NCBI RefSeq assembly: GCF_963921235.1
Contig: NC_086097.1
Location: forward strand, 133,240,001 to 133,304,000
DNA: 64,000 nucleotides
Origin: Mobula hypostoma
Lineage: Eukaryota
Direction of reading: 5' to 3'
Positions 52,562 to 64,000 of the stretch are shown here, one piece after another. Within the stretch, counting starts at the first letter, position 1. Every line of letters begins with the position of its first letter. The notes beneath the pieces are model-generated. The model ran no database searches and had not been told where the DNA came from. It worked only from the letters and a program-made list of their open reading frames with translations. The position numbers and the translations under genes were made by a program.

Positions 52562-53208
52562 CTGCAAAACAGTGCAAATATTTTCAGTCATAATGAATGC
52601 ACTCAAATTTCAGCCAGACATTTGGTTTCTGGTGGATTTAAAGACTGACAGTTCTCCATTTTGAAATTAAACCATGTTGATGGGAAACAAAGTCTTCCAA
52701 ACTTTCCAGACTGAGACATTATATCATGTGACAACTTCCCCTCCTCAATCTCCTCTCCATAATTCTTTTTAAAAAATGTTTAATCTTACTCTGATTACAG
52801 CTGAGTTTTTGTTGTTGCATGAAATTACATTACATTATAATGTAATGGATTCATTGCATCATTAAGTAGTTCTTCAAACTATTATTGAAGCAAGAAGGAT
52901 GGTCCATAAAAGTAATAAATCTCCCAAATCAGTAAGCTCTGGCTGCAACTATTTCATCCTGGGCAAGTATTAAGTAAACACTGGAGGCTTTTCAATAAAA
53001 GATAAACATTGTATGAAACAAAAGAACACTCAAAAGGACAAGCACTTTGTCAAAAAGACAATGCCTCAAATAAACTCTCTATTTAAAATTTAACATTTAA
53101 CAAATGAATGTGCAGAAGTGGCTAATGTGAATCTAGATCAGCGTATGCTACAAGCATACTAAAATTCAAGAATCAATAATATACTTTTAAGCACTATTAA
53201 CTGTAGAT

Positions 53209-54109
53209 CAGGGGTCCCCAACCTTTTTTCACCACAGACCGGTTTAATATTGACAATATTCTTGCAGAGCAGCCGACGGGGGGGTGGGGGAGGGGAGTTG
53301 TTCAAGTAGGGTTAAACTCACCTCAACATGTCTTTTACAGTTAGGGTTGCCAACTTTCTCACTCCCAAATAAGGGACAAGAAAGCAGTCAAATCCTGACG
53401 AAGGGTCCCAGCCTGAAAAGTCAACTGTACCTCTTCCTATAGATGCTGCCTGGCCAGCTGCGTTCACCAGCACCTTTTCTGTGCATTGACGGGACACTTG
53501 TGTTTACCCCAAGAAAGACTACCATGCCATGAAGCCTTGCGCAGGCACCCGTGTGCGCATGCATGATATGCGTTTATGTGACGTGCGCATGCGCGTACGT
53601 GCTGATTTTTTCCCCCCACATATCGGTCTTGGCTTAATCTTCCCAACTACACTGTACATACATTATTTCTACTTTATATAGGCTGTGTATTTATCATATC
53701 ATTCCTGCTTTTACTATATGTTAGAGCTATTTTAGGTTTTATGTGTTATTTGGTATGATTTGGTAGGTTTTTTTTGGGTCTGGGAAAGCTCAAAAATTTT
53801 TCCCATATAAATTCATGGTAATTGCTTCTTCGCTTTATGCCATTTCGGCGTGAAAGGTTTCATAGGCACGCTCTACCTTAGCGGGGGAAATACGGGACAA
53901 GGGTGGTCCCATATGGGACAAACCAATTTAGCCTAATATATGGGATGTCCCAGCAAATACGGGACAGTTGGCAACCCTATGTTCAAGTTCAACAGTGCGT
54001 GACAGGGAATGAGGAGAGGTGCAGCTGACTCACATCGTTTCCTCACAGCCCGGTAGCACATGCTTTGCGGCCCGGTAATAGTCCGCGGCCTGGTAGTTGG
54101 GGACCGCTG
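53209..54109. mobile_element. Composite non-autonomous hAT(Charlie-type) element
   Basis: TIRs caggggtccccaac / gttggggaccgctg; 8-bp TSD ctgtagat (53201-08) / ctgtagag (54110-17). Confidence 0.85.
53307..53979. mobile_element. Nested hAT(Blackjack-like) element
   Basis: TIRs tagggttgccaac (53342) / gttggcaacccta (ending 53979); repeated gggac subterminal motifs; TSD tgttcaag at 53299-306 and 53980-87. Confidence 0.8.
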
Positions 54110-55284
54110 CTGTAGAGCATGTGGAAATATTGCTTATATTGTTAGAATTTGACAGCAGGGTTACAAGGGAAATGGGGAGGAAAATGCACCTTAATTCATC
54201 TGTGCTCTGGCTAATTATTGTACCAAACATAGGCCTTGATATGAGTGGAGAGATTAAAAGATACACCTTTAAACAGAGCAAAGTAACCTAAATAAAGCTG
54301 CAATACAAGTACACTGCATTTTCACTTTACTTAACAATCATGCCAAATTACAACACACCTGTTCAAATTTCTTAATTTTTTACTTCTGATGTTAACAAGC
54401 TCAATATTTACAATGCCTAGACAGCTGCAATTGTTCTCAATCCCACATCTATTAAGCAGCAATTCAGATGGAGCAATTAAGTTATGCACACTAAATTATG
54501 CATATCCATCAGTTATTAAAATTCAGAGTAAAATAGTGAAGTCATAAATAAATCATGTTACCACACATCAGTTCAACTTCCTTTCACTCTCCTTGATCCT
54601 TAAATCATATTGTTTACTTAAAATTATCAACAGCTGCTGTGGTTGGTTTTAAGAACTTTATATAATTATGGACAAATCATATACGAGGCAATTTGATCCA
54701 CTTTCATTTCTGAAAGTGCTACAAATTAGTTCCAGTCCCCTTCTCTTTCATTACTACTCTATGTATTTCTTTCCTGTACTACATTTACTAGTGCTTTTTA
54801 TACATTTACATTTAATTTCTCCTCGAGAGCTGAAACTCAAACCTGTATCCAGTGGCACTAGTGGATTTGGGATCAGACACTTTGAAGAGCATTCAGGGTA
54901 TACCCAACTTTGAAAAAGCTTTCCTCCTCTCTTCACTTGATCCTTCAATACAGATGAAGTTCTCAGGTGCACTTCCCTCCACAGATGCTACATGACTCAC
55001 TGAGTTCATCCAGCATCTTGTTTATTGCTCGGAATAAACATATCCATTAATTAATAAAAAAAAACCTTATTTCCATCCAGGCTTTTTCCTCCCAGTTACC
55101 ATAAAACTGCAATTGGGAACAAGTCCTGCCTCATGTTCTCCATCAAAACCACTCAAATTTTGAACATTGCTAATCAAACTTCTAAGTTTTTTAAAGAAAT
55201 TAGAATGTTCAATATTGGCTTCCAAAATTTCTCACATAGCACCATTTGTATTGTCCAAAGCTCCATGTTGAACTGAATGAATAC

Positions 55285-55414
55285 CTGTGTGGATCCGATT
55301 GTGTCGCTCCAGTTGACTTGGCTTTGCAAAGGCCTTATCACATGATTCACATTTATATAATTTAGGCTTCTGACTGCTGGGCGAAGGTCCTGGCTGGTGT
55401 GTTTGAAGATGGTC
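55285..55414 (-). CDS. ZNF236: ZNF236 coding exon, [43 protein letters not shown](G)
   Basis: Acceptor ttcttttaatccaag| and donor |gtattc; 130 nt, phase 0 to 1; [12 protein letters not shown] motif characteristic of ZNF236. Confidence 0.93.
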
Positions 55415-56639
55415 CTTGGATTAAAAGAAAGCACATTTCCATTCTTTACACACCCAAAACTCACATTGATAAATTGAGACACAAGAAACTGCAGATGCGG
55501 GAATCTGGAGTAACGATCTGCTGTAAGAGCCCAGCAGTCTGAGCAGCATTCGGGGGGGCAAGGAGGAATTGTTAATCATTCAGATCTGATGCAGGATTAC
55601 AACCCAAAACGTTATCAATTCCTCCTCTCCCCCCCCCATAGATTTCCTGCAACATGTTGTTTGTTGCTTCAATAAATAATGTTATAATTTTATTTGCACT
55701 CCAGAAATTTCTGATATAAACCTATAAAAATCATTGGCAGCTCCTCATGAAAATATTTCACCTCACCTTATGTCTAAATCTTGTGATAGTGATTTTAAAT
55801 CTGTGACATTTGCTTGTTGATCTATTTGCCAAAGGGAAATGCTTTTATGCCCTATTATGAAAACCTGTCATCTTGAAAACCTCTACTAGGTTGCAGTTCA
55901 ATCTTCTGTCATAATTATAGAGAAATTTGGCCTAACATGCCCATGTCAACAACCACACACTCACCTCATTGAACCCATTTTCCAATATTCAGGCTCTTGC
56001 CTTTATGCCTTGCTGATCTAAGTGCTTGCTTCGGTACTTTTTAAACACCGTGAGAGTAACTGTTTCCAACGTCACTCAGGCAGTGTATTCCAGATTCCAA
56101 ATATCTCTGGGTGACAATATTCTTCCTCAGATCCCCTTTAAACTCAAGTTCTCTAATCGTTGGCATGACCATTACAGAAAAGCTTTCATTACATCCAAAC
56201 TATAAAAACTTTCTTCTTAAACTATAAGCTCTCCTTGCTCATCCTTAGTAACCTTCTGATGAACCTCTTGTGTATACCTCAGAAGTCCTTTGTGTGCAAC
56301 TGTGGGCACCCTTGAGAAAACAATGCAGAATACTGTTGGGGCCTGACCAGAAATTTAAGATCAGTGAATGAGAATCTCACATCAATAAAATGCAGGCACA
56401 AAATAAGTCTCATTTTCAGGTCATGCATTGAAAGCCTGCATACTCCAGCAGCACTGGCTTAAATAAACCAGCAGCAAGTTCCAAAATTAAATGAAGCTCT
56501 GGCCTAAGTGAACAAAAACACATCAAGACAGCTGCCTCCGCTTTTATTCCACATTGGTTTACATCTTGCACTTGTCACCAGCCAACATTGATGCGGAGAA
56601 AAATACGTTAGGCAATTAGGCAACCGTACCGGTTACAGG

Positions 56640-58885
56640 GAGCTGCCTTAATGACTATCGCCTGGTAATATTCACATCTACAGTGAAGAAATGGTTTGAG
56701 AGTTTGGTCATGACCAGACTGAACTCCTGCCTCAGCAAGGACCTGGACCCATTGCAATTTGTCTATCACCACAATAGGTCAATGGTAGATGCAATCTCAA
56801 TGGCTCTTCACGCAGCTTTAGACCATCTGGACAACACAAACACCAACATCAGGATGCTGTTCATCGACTATAGCATCATTCCCACAATCCTGATTGAGAA
56901 GTTGCAGAACCTGGGCCTGTACCTCCCTCTGCAACTGGATCCTCGACTTCCTAATCAGAAGCCCACAATCTGTGAGGAGGATGCTAAGAGGATGCAGGGT
57001 GACTTGGATAGGTTAGGTGAATGGGCAAATTCATGGCAGATGCAATTTAATGTGGATAAATGTGAGGTTATCCACTTTGGTGGCAAAAACAGGAAACAGG
57101 TTATTATTTGAATGGTGGCTGATTAGGAAAAGGGGAGGTGCAACGAGACCTGGGTGTCATTATACACCAGTCATTGAAAGTGGGCATACAGGTACAGCAG
57201 GCGGTGAAAAAGGCGAATGGTATGCTGGCATTCATAGCAAGAGGATTCGAGTACAGGAGCAGGGAGGTACTACTGCAGTTGTACAAGGCCTTGGTGAGAC
57301 CACACCTGGAGTATTGTGTGCAGTTTTGGTCCCCTAATCTGAGGAAAGACATCCTTGCCATAGAGGGAGTACAAAGAAGGTTCACCAGATTGATTCCTGG
57401 GACGGCAGGACTTTCATAGGATGAAAGACTGGATCGACTAGGCTTATATTCGTTGGAATTTAGAAGATTGATGGGGGATCTTATTGAAACGTATAAAATC
57501 CTAAAGGGATTGGACAGGCTAGATACAAGAAGATTGTTCCCGATGTTGGGGAAGTCCAGGACGAGGGGTCACAGTTTGAGGATAGAGGGGAAGCCTTTTA
57601 GGACCAAGATAAGGAAAAACTTCTTCACACAGAGTGGTGAATCTGTGGAATTCTCTGCCACAGGAAACAGTTGAGGCCAGTTCATTGGCTATATTTAAGA
57701 GGGAGGTAGATATGGCCCTTGTGGCTAAAGGGATCAGGGGGTATGGAGAGAAGGCTGGTACAGGGTTCTGAGTTGGATGATCAGCCATGATCATACTGAA
57801 TGGCGGTGCAGGCTCAAAGGGCCGAATGGCCTACTCCTGCACCTATTTTCTATGTTTTCTATGTTAATCTGTGCGGATTGGTGATAACATCTCCTCCTCA
57901 CTGACGATCAACACTGGTGCACCTCAGGGTGCGTGCTTAGCCCACTGTTCTACTCTCTATATACCCATGACTGTGTGGCTAGGCATAGCTCAAATACCAT
58001 CTATAAGTTTGCTGACGATACAACCATTGTTGGTAGAATCTCATGTGGTGATGACAGGGCGTACAAGAGTGAGATATGCCGACTAGTGGAATGGTGCCAC
58101 AGAAACAACTTGGTACTCAACGTCAGTAAGACGAAAGAGCTGATTGTGGACTTCCGGAAGGGTAAGACAAAGGAACACATAACAATCCTCAGAGGGATCA
58201 GAAGTGGAGAGAGTGAGCAGTTTCAAGTTATTGGGTGTCAAGATCTCTGAGGATCTAACCTGGTTCCAACATATCGATGCAGTTATAAAGAAGGCTAGAC
58301 TGTGGTTATACTTTATTAGGAGTTTGAGGAGATTTGGTATGTCAACAAATACACTCAAAAACTTCTATAGATGTACCATGGAGAGCATTCTGACAGGCCG
58401 CATCACTGTCTGGTATGGGGGGGGGGCAGTGGGGGCTACTGCATAGGACCGAAAGAAGCATAAGAGGGTTGTAAAGCTAGTCAGCTCCATCTTGGGTACT
58501 AGCCTACAAGGTACCCAGGACATCTTCAGGAAGCAGTGTTTCAGAAAGACAGCGTCCATTATCAAGGATCTCCAGCACCCAGGGCATGCCCTTTTCTCAT
58601 TGTTACCATCAGGTAGGAGATAAAGAAGCCTGAAGGTACACACTCAGTGATTCAGGAACAGCTTCTTCCCCTCTGACATCTGATTCCTCAATGGACATTG
58701 AACACCACCTCACTTTTTAAAAAATATATAGTAGTTCTGTTTTTGCATGATTTTTAATCTATTCAATATATGTATACTGTATAAAGTATACCGAATAAGA
58801 TTTATTTATTTATTCATTTCTTCTATATTTATTGCATTGAACTGCTGCTGCTAAGTTAACAAATTTCACATAACATGCCGGTAAT
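56640..58885 (+). mobile_element. Rex1/Babar-like LINE (RT and 3' end) in a ZNF236 intron, split by a CR1
   Basis: [34 protein letters not shown] and FYRCTMESILT motifs; tail aataaacctgattctgatt. Confidence 0.92.
56975..57865 (+). mobile_element. 5'-truncated CR1 (family A variant) inserted in Rex1
   Basis: 8-bp TSD aatctgtg at 56967-74 and 57866-73; RT C-terminus and ttctatgt tail. Confidence 0.95.
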
Positions 58886-59324
58886 AATAAACCTGATTCT
58901 GATTACAGGAAGGCCAAATGCTGAGTCAGGTTCTATGCTGGCTCCAGCTATGTATCAGCCATTGGAAAAGAACAGGGAATAGGCAGAGTATTGAATGTGT
59001 GCAAGCACAAATTGCATGTGCAAATGAAATATAACAATTATCAAACATCTGAGATGTCTACTGGCTCTGCAAAAGATGAATATATTCTTCCAATACAAAC
59101 ATATCGTGCTTTGCTGGTAGACAGTGGTGACAAGGCTCCTGAGTTTGTATGATACCTGTAGTAATGACAACAGTGATGGCTACACAGAACAATATCATTT
59201 ATCTGAGCTCTAATCCAAGACCTCATTACAACCTCATCTACACTTATCCATAGAGCTGTGTAGATCTCACACCTTTTGTTCACTGTGGTGAATCAAAGGG
59301 AGAATGCCTTCAAATACTAAACAG

Positions 59325-59730
59325 TGTGGCATAGCAGACAGCATTGCTGCTTCACAGCTCCAGGGACTCGGGTTCAATCTCAAACCCTAGTGCTGTCTTG
59401 CACCTTCTGCTGTATGGAGTTTGCACCTTCTGTTTGTGACTGTGCAGTCACCTCTAGGTGCTCCAGTTTCCTCCCACATCCCATAATTGCACAGGTTGAT
59501 AGGTTGATTGGCCGCTGTAAATTGCCTCTACTGTGGCAGTAACAGAATCTGGGGAGAGCTGATGGGAACGCTGGGGGGAATAAAATGGGTTAGTACAGGA
59601 GACATGTAAAAATGTGTAAGCTAATGGGCCACTGTAAATTACTTGTGTTGATGGATGGTAGGAGAATCGGGGGGAGTTCTTGAGTTTGTGAAAGAGATTA
59701 GGTTACAGGGAGATGAGCAGGGAAGTAGGA
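59325..59730 (+). mobile_element. tRNA-derived V-SINE-like element
   Basis: gggttcaatct B-box-like site and tgtatggagtttgcac domain. Confidence 0.65.
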
Positions 59731-59754
59731 CTGGTATGAGAACTAGTCTACTGT

Positions 59755-60262
59755 CACGAGGCCACACTCAGATTGGATGAGCCACACCTTGCATTCCGTC
59801 TGGGTAGCCTCCAACCTGATGGCATGAACACCAATTTCTCCAACTTCTGGTAATGCCTCCACCCCCCTTCCCCATTCCCATCCCCTTTTCCCACTCTCAC
59901 TTTAACTCCTTGCCTGCCCATCACCTCCCTCTGTTGCTCTAACCCCCTTTTCTTTCTTCCATGGCCTTCTGTCCGCTCCCATTAGATTCCCCCTTCTCCA
60001 GCCCTGTATCTCTTTCACCAATTAACTTCCCAGCTCTTTACTTCACCCTTCGCCCTCCCAGTTTCACCTATCACCTTGTGTGTTTTTCCCTCCCCTCCCC
60101 CCACCTTTTAAATCTACTCCTCATCTTTCTTTCTCCAGTCCTGCTGAAGGGTCTCGGCCCGAAACATCGACTGTACTCTTTTCCATAGATGCTGCCTGGC
60201 CTGCTGAGTTCCTCCAGCATATTGTGTGTTGCTTAGATTTCCAGCAGCTGCAGACTTTCTCT
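59755..60262 (+). mobile_element. Penelope-like element 3' end and terminal repeat
   Basis: Encodes ATLRLDEPHLAFRLGSLQPDGMN (GIY-YIG domain C-terminus), then a pyrimidine-rich tail and a hammerhead-like motif. Confidence 0.85.
60136..60173 (+). ncRNA. Minimal type I hammerhead ribozyme-like motif (degenerate)
   Basis: Stem I cagtc/gactg, core CTGCTGA (consensus CUGANGA), stem II gggt-ctcg-gccc, GAAACATC (consensus GAAACGUC). Confidence 0.65.
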
Positions 60263-60490
60263 TGTAAGAGACTTAATGAGTTGAATAGTCTTCTTCTTTG
60301 TCATAAGGAAATATGAAAGTATCATTGAACCCTCCAAATGCAACAGCTTAAGGAAATTAAGTTGATATTCTAGTGCTACAATTTTCTAGGAATTGAATCA
60401 AAAACTTGAAGGCCTGGGGCAATGCACAAACAAGGACAATAAAGCAAGAGAAGCAAACTTAATATATTTGTTAATTAGTTCATCCACTAC

Positions 60491-60688
60491 CTTGAGATGT
60501 GCTGCTCGCTTGAAGGCTTTGTTGCAGATGTTGCATATGTGGACTCTTTCCTCCCCATGGGCTTCTCGGCAATGTCGACGCAGCATGGATCCAGAGGAGA
60601 AGCCTTGACTACAATTGGGACAGTGATTTATCTGGCCTTCATCATCTGTCTGACTGTCCTCTGTAAGACTTACTGCTGTCTCATTTAC
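60491..60688 (-). CDS. ZNF236: ZNF236 coding exon, VNETAVSLTEDSQTDDEGQINHCPNCSQGFSSGSMLRRHCREAHGEERVHICNICNKAFKRAAHLK
   Basis: C2H2 fingers; acceptor ttctcgatttag| and donor |gtagtg; 198 nt; KAFKRAxHLK matches the recalled ZNF236 C-terminal region. Confidence 0.9.
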
Positions 60689-60976
60689 CTAAATCGAGAA
60701 GGTACAAAAACATCTGTTGTTGATGGTTACACCAAGCGCAAGGTTCACACTAAAGCACAAATAGCAGCAATTTCCTCAGGTTTCCATGCTTACACAGTTA
60801 CTGATAACCTCAGTTATTTGTTACTGGGGAATAAACCCAAAGGAATGTTTTCAGCAGAACAGAGGGGAGAATCTGGTATTTATCGGTCTAATGCTGCAGA
60901 GACGAACAGCAACAAGCTACTAACTTCCTGAAAGAAATCGATGACTTGAACTCTGCACATACTTTGATGTTTAATG

Positions 60977-61201
60977 AAGAAGAAGAAAGCCCTTAACTCC
61001 GAGTGGAGTCATCAGAATGCCGTCATGACGGCGTTTTCTTTAGCAGACTTTCTTATTTTTACGAGGCCGAGTTGCTAGCTCGACGCTCAACCCAGCACGG
61101 ATGGAAGTGTGCAAGGGAGCCGGCTGGATTCGAACTCGGGAGCCTTTGCTCCGAAGTCCGGCACTGAGGCCACTACGCCACCAGCTGTTAACACTCCAGC
61201 A
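60977..61201 (-). mobile_element. Young tRNA(Arg-like)-derived SINE with (CTT)n tail
   Basis: A box tggcgtagtgg, gacttcgga anticodon-loop-like sequence, B box gttcgaatcc; CpG-rich; 11-bp TSD gatgtttaatg (60966-76 / 61202-12). Confidence 0.85.
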
Positions 61202-61479
61202 GATGTTTAATGGCATTGGTTAATTATTGGCACATGTACTGAGATACAGAGAAAACTTTTGTTTCTGTGCCTTTAAGACATATCATTCCCTGCAAAACTA
61301 CAATTCGGAGGTAAAAAGGAAAATAGAATGCCAAATTTACTGTAGCAGTTTTGCAGTGCAGGTAGACAAATGAAGTGCAAGGAATCAAAAATTTATCTTT
61401 TGCATATGAGAGAGGTCCACTGGAGAGGATAACACAATCACACTCTTGTAGAAATCATTCTTACTAGGATATTACTTGG

Positions 61480-61872
61480 GGGCTCGAGGAGGTCAGGTCT
61501 TTTTTCCCTGGAATGTACGGGATTGGGGGTGATCTGGTAGAGGTATGCAAGATCATGAGGAACATTGACAAGGTGAAGGCGCATAGTATTTTCCCTATGT
61601 AGAGAATGCTAAAAACAAGACGGCATTGGTTTTAGATCAGAGACAGCTTCTTCACATAAATGGTACTACATATTTGGAATGAGCTGCCAGAAACAGTGGT
61701 TGAAGTGGGCACATTGGCAACACTTAAAAACTATCAAGATAAATACATGGATAGGAGAGGTTTAGAGGGTCTATGGGCCAAGCATGGACAAATGGGACTA
61801 GTTCATCAGGCAACACGGTCAGCACGGATGAGTTTTGCTGAAGGGCCTGTTTCCATACTATATATGACTCCA
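61480..61872 (+). mobile_element. Old CR1 3' fragment
   Basis: WNELPETVVE...DKYMDRRGLEG and tail gaagggcctgtttcc. Confidence 0.75.
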
Positions 61873-62524
61873 TAATTCCAAATGCCCCCGAGAATTATGC
61901 TGGAAGACCTTTACAACATATAAAGAAAAAAACAGATATTGCAGTTTCTCAACCCTTCTTAATCTTCAGAGGAAGCACATATTATTTTACAATGATTCAA
62001 AGTGCAGCAGGTAGTCCCATAAACATTAAATCCGATGTTTTAGAGGGTATGACGCAACTCAGCGAACTCACCCTTTTCTACTTTCACTAGCAATACTAGA
62101 CCTAGTATAACCACTTTAATTGGCTGATCTGGCCTTGGCTAAAGATGTGAGGACCAAGTTCAGAAGCAACTTACAGAAACCCATAGTAGATGTTTCTTTA
62201 AGAGCTCACCCACTGGATATGGGTTACATGCCACTTCAAACTATTGCTTCACAGTTTTATGATTGATTCTCCCAGTGGGACCCATATGTACATAAAAATA
62301 TAATGCTACTACTCCACTCTTGGGTGCAACTAAATGATCTGGCCAATGTTGTTTACGTTTATGCTGAACATTTTATTGGCAGTTTTTCTTAAACTTATGA
62401 CTACCTTGATATGTCAATACAAGAATCATTTTTTTCTATCCCAATAATTACATATTTTCCCTCTCTTTATGAACAACTTTTTAAGAAAAAGAGCTCATGT
62501 CCATGATTATATTACTGTCAAACC

Positions 62525-63172
62525 GTATGATAACATAACACTGTAGGAGTATTAGGCCACTCAACCCATTAAGTCTGCTCCGTCATTTTATCATGGCTGA
62601 TCCATTTTCCCTCTCTACCCCTTTTTCCCAAAACCTTTCATGCCCTAACTAATCAAGAACCTATTAATCTCCACCTTAAGTACACCCAATGATTTGGCTT
62701 CCACAACTGCCTATGGCAACAAATTCCACTGATTATTCACCCTCTGGGTAAAGATATTCCTTCTCAGCTCTAGTCTATTCTGAAGCTGTGTCACTATAGA
62801 AGCATCCTCTCCACATCCACTCTATTTATACCTTTCAACATTTGACAGGTTTCAATGAGATCTCCCCCTCATTCTTCTGAATTCCAGCAAGTACAGGCCC
62901 AGAACTATCAAATGCTCCTTGTATGATATCCCTTTCATTTGTGAACTTGTGGACTGCCTCTGAACCACCTCCAATGTCAGCACATCCTTTCTTAGATAGA
63001 GTCCAAAACTGCTCACAATACTCCAAGTATGGCCTCATCAGTACCTTATAAAGCCTTAGCATTACATTCTTGCTTTTATATTCTAGCCCTCTCGAAACAA
63101 ATGCTAATATTGGTTTTGACTTCCTCACCACTGACTGAATCTGCAAGTTAACCTTTAGGGAATCCTGCACGA
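62525..63172 (-). mobile_element. Old CR1 3' fragment
   Basis: LEYKSKNVMLRLYKVLMRPYLEYCEQFW. Confidence 0.8.
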
Positions 63173-63187
63173 GTTTGAAAGATACTG

Positions 63188-63437
63188 CGGGTGGCACTGT
63201 AGTGTAGTGGTTAGCACAACGCTTTGCAGTACAGGTAACCCAGGTTCAATTCCCACTGCTGCTTGTAAGGAGTTTGTACGTTCTAGCTGTGACCACATGG
63301 ATTTCCTCCCACTGTCCAAAGATCAATTGGTCACTGTAAATTGTCCCATCATTAGGCTAGGACTGAACTGGGGGATTGTTGTGCAGCGTGGCTTGAAGAG
63401 CCAGAAGGTCCTATTTTGTATTGTATCTCAATAAATA
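63188..63437 (+). mobile_element. tRNA-derived SINE
   Basis: A box tagtgtagtgg, B box ggttcaattcc; tail gtatctcaataaataa. Confidence 0.75.
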
Positions 63438-63439
63438 AT

Positions 63440-64000
63440 ATTGAAATCCCCTATGACTATTGAAACACTGCCCTTTTGACAGGCCTTTTCTACTTCCCGT
63501 TGTAATTTGTGGCCCACGTCCAGACTACTGTTTGGAGGCCTATATATAACTCCCACCTCAGTGTTTTTACTCATGCAGTTTCTCATCTCTAGCCACAAGG
63601 ATTCAACATCTTCCAGTCCTACATCACCTCTAAGGATTCAATTTCTTCTTTTTTTAAACCAACAAAGACAACACATTCCACCCTACTCGTCTCAATTCGA
63701 AACAACCCATTTCCTTGGATATTAAGCTCCCAACTATGATCTTCTTTCAGCCACAACTCAGTGATGCCCTCAACAACATACCTACCAATCTTTAACTGTG
63801 CTACAAGATCATCTACCTTATTCCATATACTGTGTGCATGCAATATAACACCTTCAGTCCTGCTTTCATCACCTTTTTGATTTTGCCCCCATGTTACACT
63901 GCAACACACCCCACCACTTGCAATTTTGCTCTTCCTGTCAGTCTCACAGCATCCTGTTGTATACTAACTGCCCCATCCTCAGCACCTAACCTTCTACCAA
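63440..64000 (-). mobile_element. Old CR1 endonuclease-region fragment
   Basis: AHSIWNKVDDL...GITELWLKEDHSWELNIQG; similar to 3880-4450. Confidence 0.8.

Noticed and set aside
56683..57111. Chimeric RT ORF
   Set aside because: Artefact of a CR1 inserted into a frameshifted Rex1.
61110..61190. Functional tRNA-Arg gene
   Set aside because: No complete cloverleaf evident; followed by a SINE body and tail and flanked by a TSD.
1..64000. CRISPR arrays, retrons or other prokaryotic systems associated with the RT ORFs
   Set aside because: The sequence is spliced vertebrate DNA, all RTs are non-LTR retrotransposon type, and no regularly spaced repeat array was seen.

Overview
Vertebrate genomic DNA, almost certainly from a cartilaginous fish (probably a ray or skate, judged from the MBP sequence and the repeat families). 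Two genes converge tail-to-tail. On the + strand are five phase-0 coding exons of myelin basic protein (MBP; equivalents of classic exons 3-7, stop at 46614-46616); its first exon was not found and is presumably upstream. On the - strand are the last four coding exons of the C2H2 zinc-finger gene ZNF236 (stop at 51534-51536). The introns are packed with repeats: five young CR1 LINE copies of one family (one with a nearly intact ORF2), older CR1s, an L2, Rex1/Babar LINEs, Penelope-like element (PLE) fragments carrying degenerate minimal hammerhead-ribozyme motifs, tRNA-derived SINEs, an internally deleted Tc1 and nested hAT-type elements. The most interesting signals are the PLE hammerhead motifs and foldback mini-elements, inverted CR1 copies bracketing MBP exons, QKI-type motifs in the MBP 3' UTR, a triple-nested transposon with a cryptic terminus, and an unexplained ~290 bp duplication. 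All calls were made by eye; repeat family names and old-repeat boundaries are approximate.
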